A stretch of DNA of 64,000 nucleotides from Candidatus Latescibacterota bacterium (GTDB lineage Bacteria > Latescibacterota > UBA2968 > UBA8231): the NCBI GenBank assembly GCA_965248265.1, contig CBDFJF010000002.1, positions 1,056,001 through 1,120,000 of the forward strand, given 5' to 3'. Positions 59,451-64,000 of this stretch are shown piece by piece. The notes under the pieces are model-generated. The model saw only the letters and a program-made list of their open reading frames with translations. It did no database searches and was not told the origin of the DNA. A program made the translations under genes and the position numbers. The number at the start of each line of letters is the position of its first letter. The first letter of the stretch is position 1.

Positions 59451-59570
59451 CATTCGATCGTGTTCCTGAAAAGGGGGGCTTTCTATAATGACGATGTGAC
59501 GCTATTTTATACGGCTCGGCTCTAATCCGTTGTTCGCATACTTCTAAATCGGAAACAGGGGTATATCTGA

Positions 59571-61256
<1,686 letters not shown>

Positions 61257-61292
61257 GCCGGCCTGGTCTGAGAAATTCAGGCGAGTAAACAG

Positions 61293-61332
61293 AACCTGGA
61301 GCTGCGGTGATCGCGGCTCCGGGTTTTTTTTT
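61293..61332 (+). terminator. Rho-independent terminator of groEL
   Basis: AACCTGGAGCTGCG-gtgat-CGCGGCTCCGGGTT followed by a long T-run. Confidence 0.9.
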
Positions 61333-61340
61333 AGCCGGAT

Positions 61341-61471
61341 TCAGCTCACCTTGGCGGCCATCGCGCTCTGCTCTTCCGCGAATCGTTTGCGCGTCATGAG
61401 ATATCCTCCTGGCCTTAACCATAGCCGGTGAACTCTCACTAACAATAGTCCAGTTTCTGGGGGCAAGGTCA
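61341..61471 (-). mobile_element. IS3-family (IS407-like) left end plus truncated orfA
   Basis: Inverted repeat TGACCTTGCCCCCAGAAACTGGAC (61471-61448), then GGAGG RBS and ATG at 61397: MTRKRFAEEQS.. resembles IS3 OrfA MKRKRFTEEQI, then a premature stop. Confidence 0.6.
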
Positions 61472-61515
61472 GATGAATGATGGCGAGCCGTGTTGCGGTA
61501 CTCGCCAGTGACCCT

Positions 61516-63183
61516 TCACTCTCCCGCTTGACCCGACAGCCTCACTTCCTTGAAGACGTCGCCTCGGGCGTTGCTCTCTATCTCGAGCGTGGCTCGATGG
61601 GCGCCTCGCGCTGCCGGCCGAAACTCGATTTCGAGCTCCAGTGTCTTGCCGGGCTCGATGAGCGCGCGCTTGGGCGCGCCTTCCGCCAGAAAGAAAGGCG
61701 CCGCGAGGACAGCTATGCGTGACAACTCCAGATTCTCAGTCCCCAGATTAGCCACCCGCAGAGCCCTACGGTCGATCGATCCGACGGCGGTTTCGTCGAA
61801 TGCGAGAAACGACGGGGTTATCTTGATCGCAGCGAAATCCTTCAGTGACAGAACGCGGTCCGTCATTTCGGACACGCTTGACTTCTGCAGGTCGAAATCT
61901 TCCTGAACCAGCTTCTGCGCCTCGGCGAAGCGTCCGGCCTCCGTCAGTGCCTTGCCCAGCAGATAGCGAACAGAGATATCGGTCGGAGCTGCCTGCTGTG
62001 CGGCAGTCAAAACCTCGATGGCCTCATCGCCACGACCCAAGGCGAGCAACAGATCGCCGTAATAGGGCGCGATATCCTTCAAGCGCGTCGGCCGCAGGCC
62101 TTCGTAAACCTGTAGGAGGCTCGCGATCTTGTCCTGATGCTGCTCGTATCCGGCGCCGAGTGGGATCGAACGTGTCAAATCGATGATATCTCTGTTTATC
62201 TGCGAAAACAGAATCGGGTGGAGCACTTTGAAGCGCTCGGCAAGGCGATACGTCCTGATCATGGGCTCCATGATGCACGCTTCCTGATCTACGTGGATGG
62301 CTCCCAGGACGTGGGCTATCTCATGGACGAAGCCATGGGCGTTCATGACCCTGTTGACGACGATGTTCGTGAGCACGCGAGCGTACCCGATCGCCGACAC
62401 CCCCCGCCATGAGGTCGCTGGCGCCGGCGGCCCCACGCACACGAAGGTCATGTCGACCTTGTCCCTGCCGGGCACGGCGGCGGCGGCCTCGGCGATAGTG
62501 AAGATGCCAGCCTCGGGTGCTGACCAGCGCTTAATCCTCACCACCTCGAGGGCGATGCCGAATTCGCGCGCCAGAACACGTGCCGTCAGATCGAGTTGCG
62601 ACTGGAGGTACTCCTTCGTGCGCTTGCCCGGGCCCCTCAAACGCTGGTCCGTGAGCACGAGCAGCCGGATCGTAGTCGATGTGGGGTAGGTCTTGACCGG
62701 AATATCGACGAAGGCCTCATCGAGATTGCCGTACGGCTCGAGGTTCGTGTACGACGGCGGATCGAAATAGGGCGCTCTCAACTGTGCCTTCCAGGAAGCG
62801 AGCTTCTCACCACTGCCGGTCTCGAACAGACGCAGCTCTGCCTCAGCCCTATTTTCGTTCTCGTATTCTCCGAAGCCCTTCACGGTCGCCGCGAGTACGG
62901 CGTCGGCGCCCAGCTCCGCGGCCTTGTCGACCGCTTCCGCCTCAGTTTCTACGTAATACTGATCGAGGTTGTAGGCCCGATAGTTCTTGACGTTGTCCAG
63001 ATAACCGGCCAGAAAAACACTGACGTCCGGTGCCAGGGCGTCACCCTTTTCGATGACGGTGAACACTCCGATACTGCTGACGCCGTCCAGCCCCGCCGCG
63101 ACCGGCGTCCCGACCGTCAGGCATGCGACAAGCACGGGCCAGCCCAGCTGTCTGGCGGAACAGGCATACCCTGCCCTCGACAT
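61516..63183 (-). CDS. Exported metzincin-type zinc metalloprotease with TPR and C-terminal Ig (ASH/choice-of-anchor D-like) domain
   Basis: Signal-like N-terminus, HEIAHVLGAIH plus Met-turn CIMEP, TPR pair and a tail L.F..TAVG..RVANLG..L..PF..IEPG..IEFRP..G..LEIESN. Confidence 0.7.
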   Translation of the reverse strand: MSRAGYACSARQLGWPVLVACLTVGTPVAAGLDGVSSIGVFTVIEKGDALAPDVSVFLAGYLDNVKNYRAYNLDQYYVETEAEAVDKAAELGADAVLAATVKGFGEYENENRAEAELRLFETGSGEKLASWKAQLRAPYFDPPSYTNLEPYGNLDEAFVDIPVKTYPTSTTIRLLVLTDQRLRGPGKRTKEYLQSQLDLTARVLAREFGIALEVVRIKRWSAPEAGIFTIAEAAAAVPGRDKVDMTFVCVGPPAPATSWRGVSAIGYARVLTNIVVNRVMNAHGFVHEIAHVLGAIHVDQEACIMEPMIRTYRLAERFKVLHPILFSQINRDIIDLTRSIPLGAGYEQHQDKIASLLQVYEGLRPTRLKDIAPYYGDLLLALGRGDEAIEVLTAAQQAAPTDISVRYLLGKALTEAGRFAEAQKLVQEDFDLQKSSVSEMTDRVLSLKDFAAIKITPSFLAFDETAVGSIDRRALRVANLGTENLELSRIAVLAAPFFLAEGAPKRALIEPGKTLELEIEFRPAARGAHRATLEIESNARGDVFKEVRLSGQAGE

Positions 63184-63192
63184 CGATCCTCG

Positions 63193-64000
63193 CTACCGCA
63201 GCCTGGTGAGGGTGGACCGGGTCTCGTTGGCAGTGGCTTCAAAGAGGCCGAACAACAAGCTGTTCCGTGGGATTTTGAATCCTCCCTTGATGATGAACAT
63301 CTCATTCATATCTGACGACCCCAGCAGGTCATCGTGATAACGGACCACCTGCTTTCGCGCGCTCCAGACTTCATTTCGCGCGGGCAAGAGCTCGATCGAT
63401 TGCACGAGGTCGAAGGTCCACTGCAGCACCTTGGTGACTTCCTGCTTCTTCTTATAATGCAGGGTCGAAGCCAGCAGATCTTCCGATTTTCTGCTCTTGA
63501 CTCTGGTGTCTTCCACGGTTTCCGCATCCAGGTTGTCGAGCCCGACGAGCATCACGTAATCAGCCAGCGTTCCCTTGAGCTCGCTCAAGCTGGGGCATGG
63601 GATTATGCGGCGAAACTTGCGCTTCAGGCTCATGGATCCGGCAAGCGTTTCTGACAGAAAGCTGGTGCCGGCGGCGGCAGCGTTATCGGGCCAGTAGCGG
63701 AATCTTGACATCGAGTTCGAGTTCATCTTTCTCTCTGTCTTGAAATGGACAGCGAGCACGTAGACGCCCCTGGGGATTGATTTCACATCCGCCGGCGGTG
63801 GGGGACGCAGCCTTCGAGCTGCGGTAGACAGCAGTACGATCGCGATGCCGCGCGCTCTGCTTTCGTCCAGTTCAATCGCATCCGCCGCCTCGCCGATCAA
63901 TTCATCCAGAAAGATCTCCTCCTCCGACGGCAGAGACATCTGCAGCGTGGAGAGCAATTCGGAAACGTAAAGACCGATGGTATCGGGAGGTGCGCCCGTC
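63193..64000 (-). CDS. Hypothetical protein, 5' part outside the window
   Basis: Open frame reaching the window edge, ending 9 bp before the metalloprotease gene. No recognised motif. Confidence 0.55.
   Translation of the reverse strand, partial: TGAPPDTIGLYVSELLSTLQMSLPSEEEIFLDELIGEAADAIELDESRARGIAIVLLSTAARRLRPPPPADVKSIPRGVYVLAVHFKTERKMNSNSMSRFRYWPDNAAAAGTSFLSETLAGSMSLKRKFRRIIPCPSLSELKGTLADYVMLVGLDNLDAETVEDTRVKSRKSEDLLASTLHYKKKQEVTKVLQWTFDLVQSIELLPARNEVWSARKQVVRYHDDLLGSSDMNEMFIIKGGFKIPRNSLLFGLFEATANETRSTLTRLR

Overview
GC-rich bacterial DNA that reads as a mosaic of short segments: abrupt composition shifts, genes cut mid-domain and many IS scars. This suggests concatenated MAG/SAG contigs and/or a heavily rearranged accessory region. 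Gene content resembles Latescibacterota/Poribacteria/Planctomycetota-type heterotrophs (inference). Catabolic paralog expansions dominate: 4 PhyH-type Fe/2OG dioxygenases, 4 uncharacterised beta-propeller GH32/43-like proteins, 2 copies of an uncharacterised ~620-aa family, 2 aldo-keto reductases, a sulfatase with a DUF6785-type transporter, and others. Also present: a Wzz/GumC-like gene missing from the ORF track, two atypical tRNA genes (Arg-UCU, His-GUG), a heptose-like operon built around a deoxyhypusine-synthase-like protein, an AT-rich GT2 + TMTC-like glycosylation island, three TA modules (VapBC-like, AbiE, RelE/ParE-Phd), an intact IS3 inside an MFS gene, four same-strand IS91/ISCR-type transposase fragments plus oriIS-like ends at segment borders, IS110 and IS3 remnants, and a solitary groEL. 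No CRISPR array, rRNA or prophage was seen. All family calls come from motif recognition by eye, not database searches.
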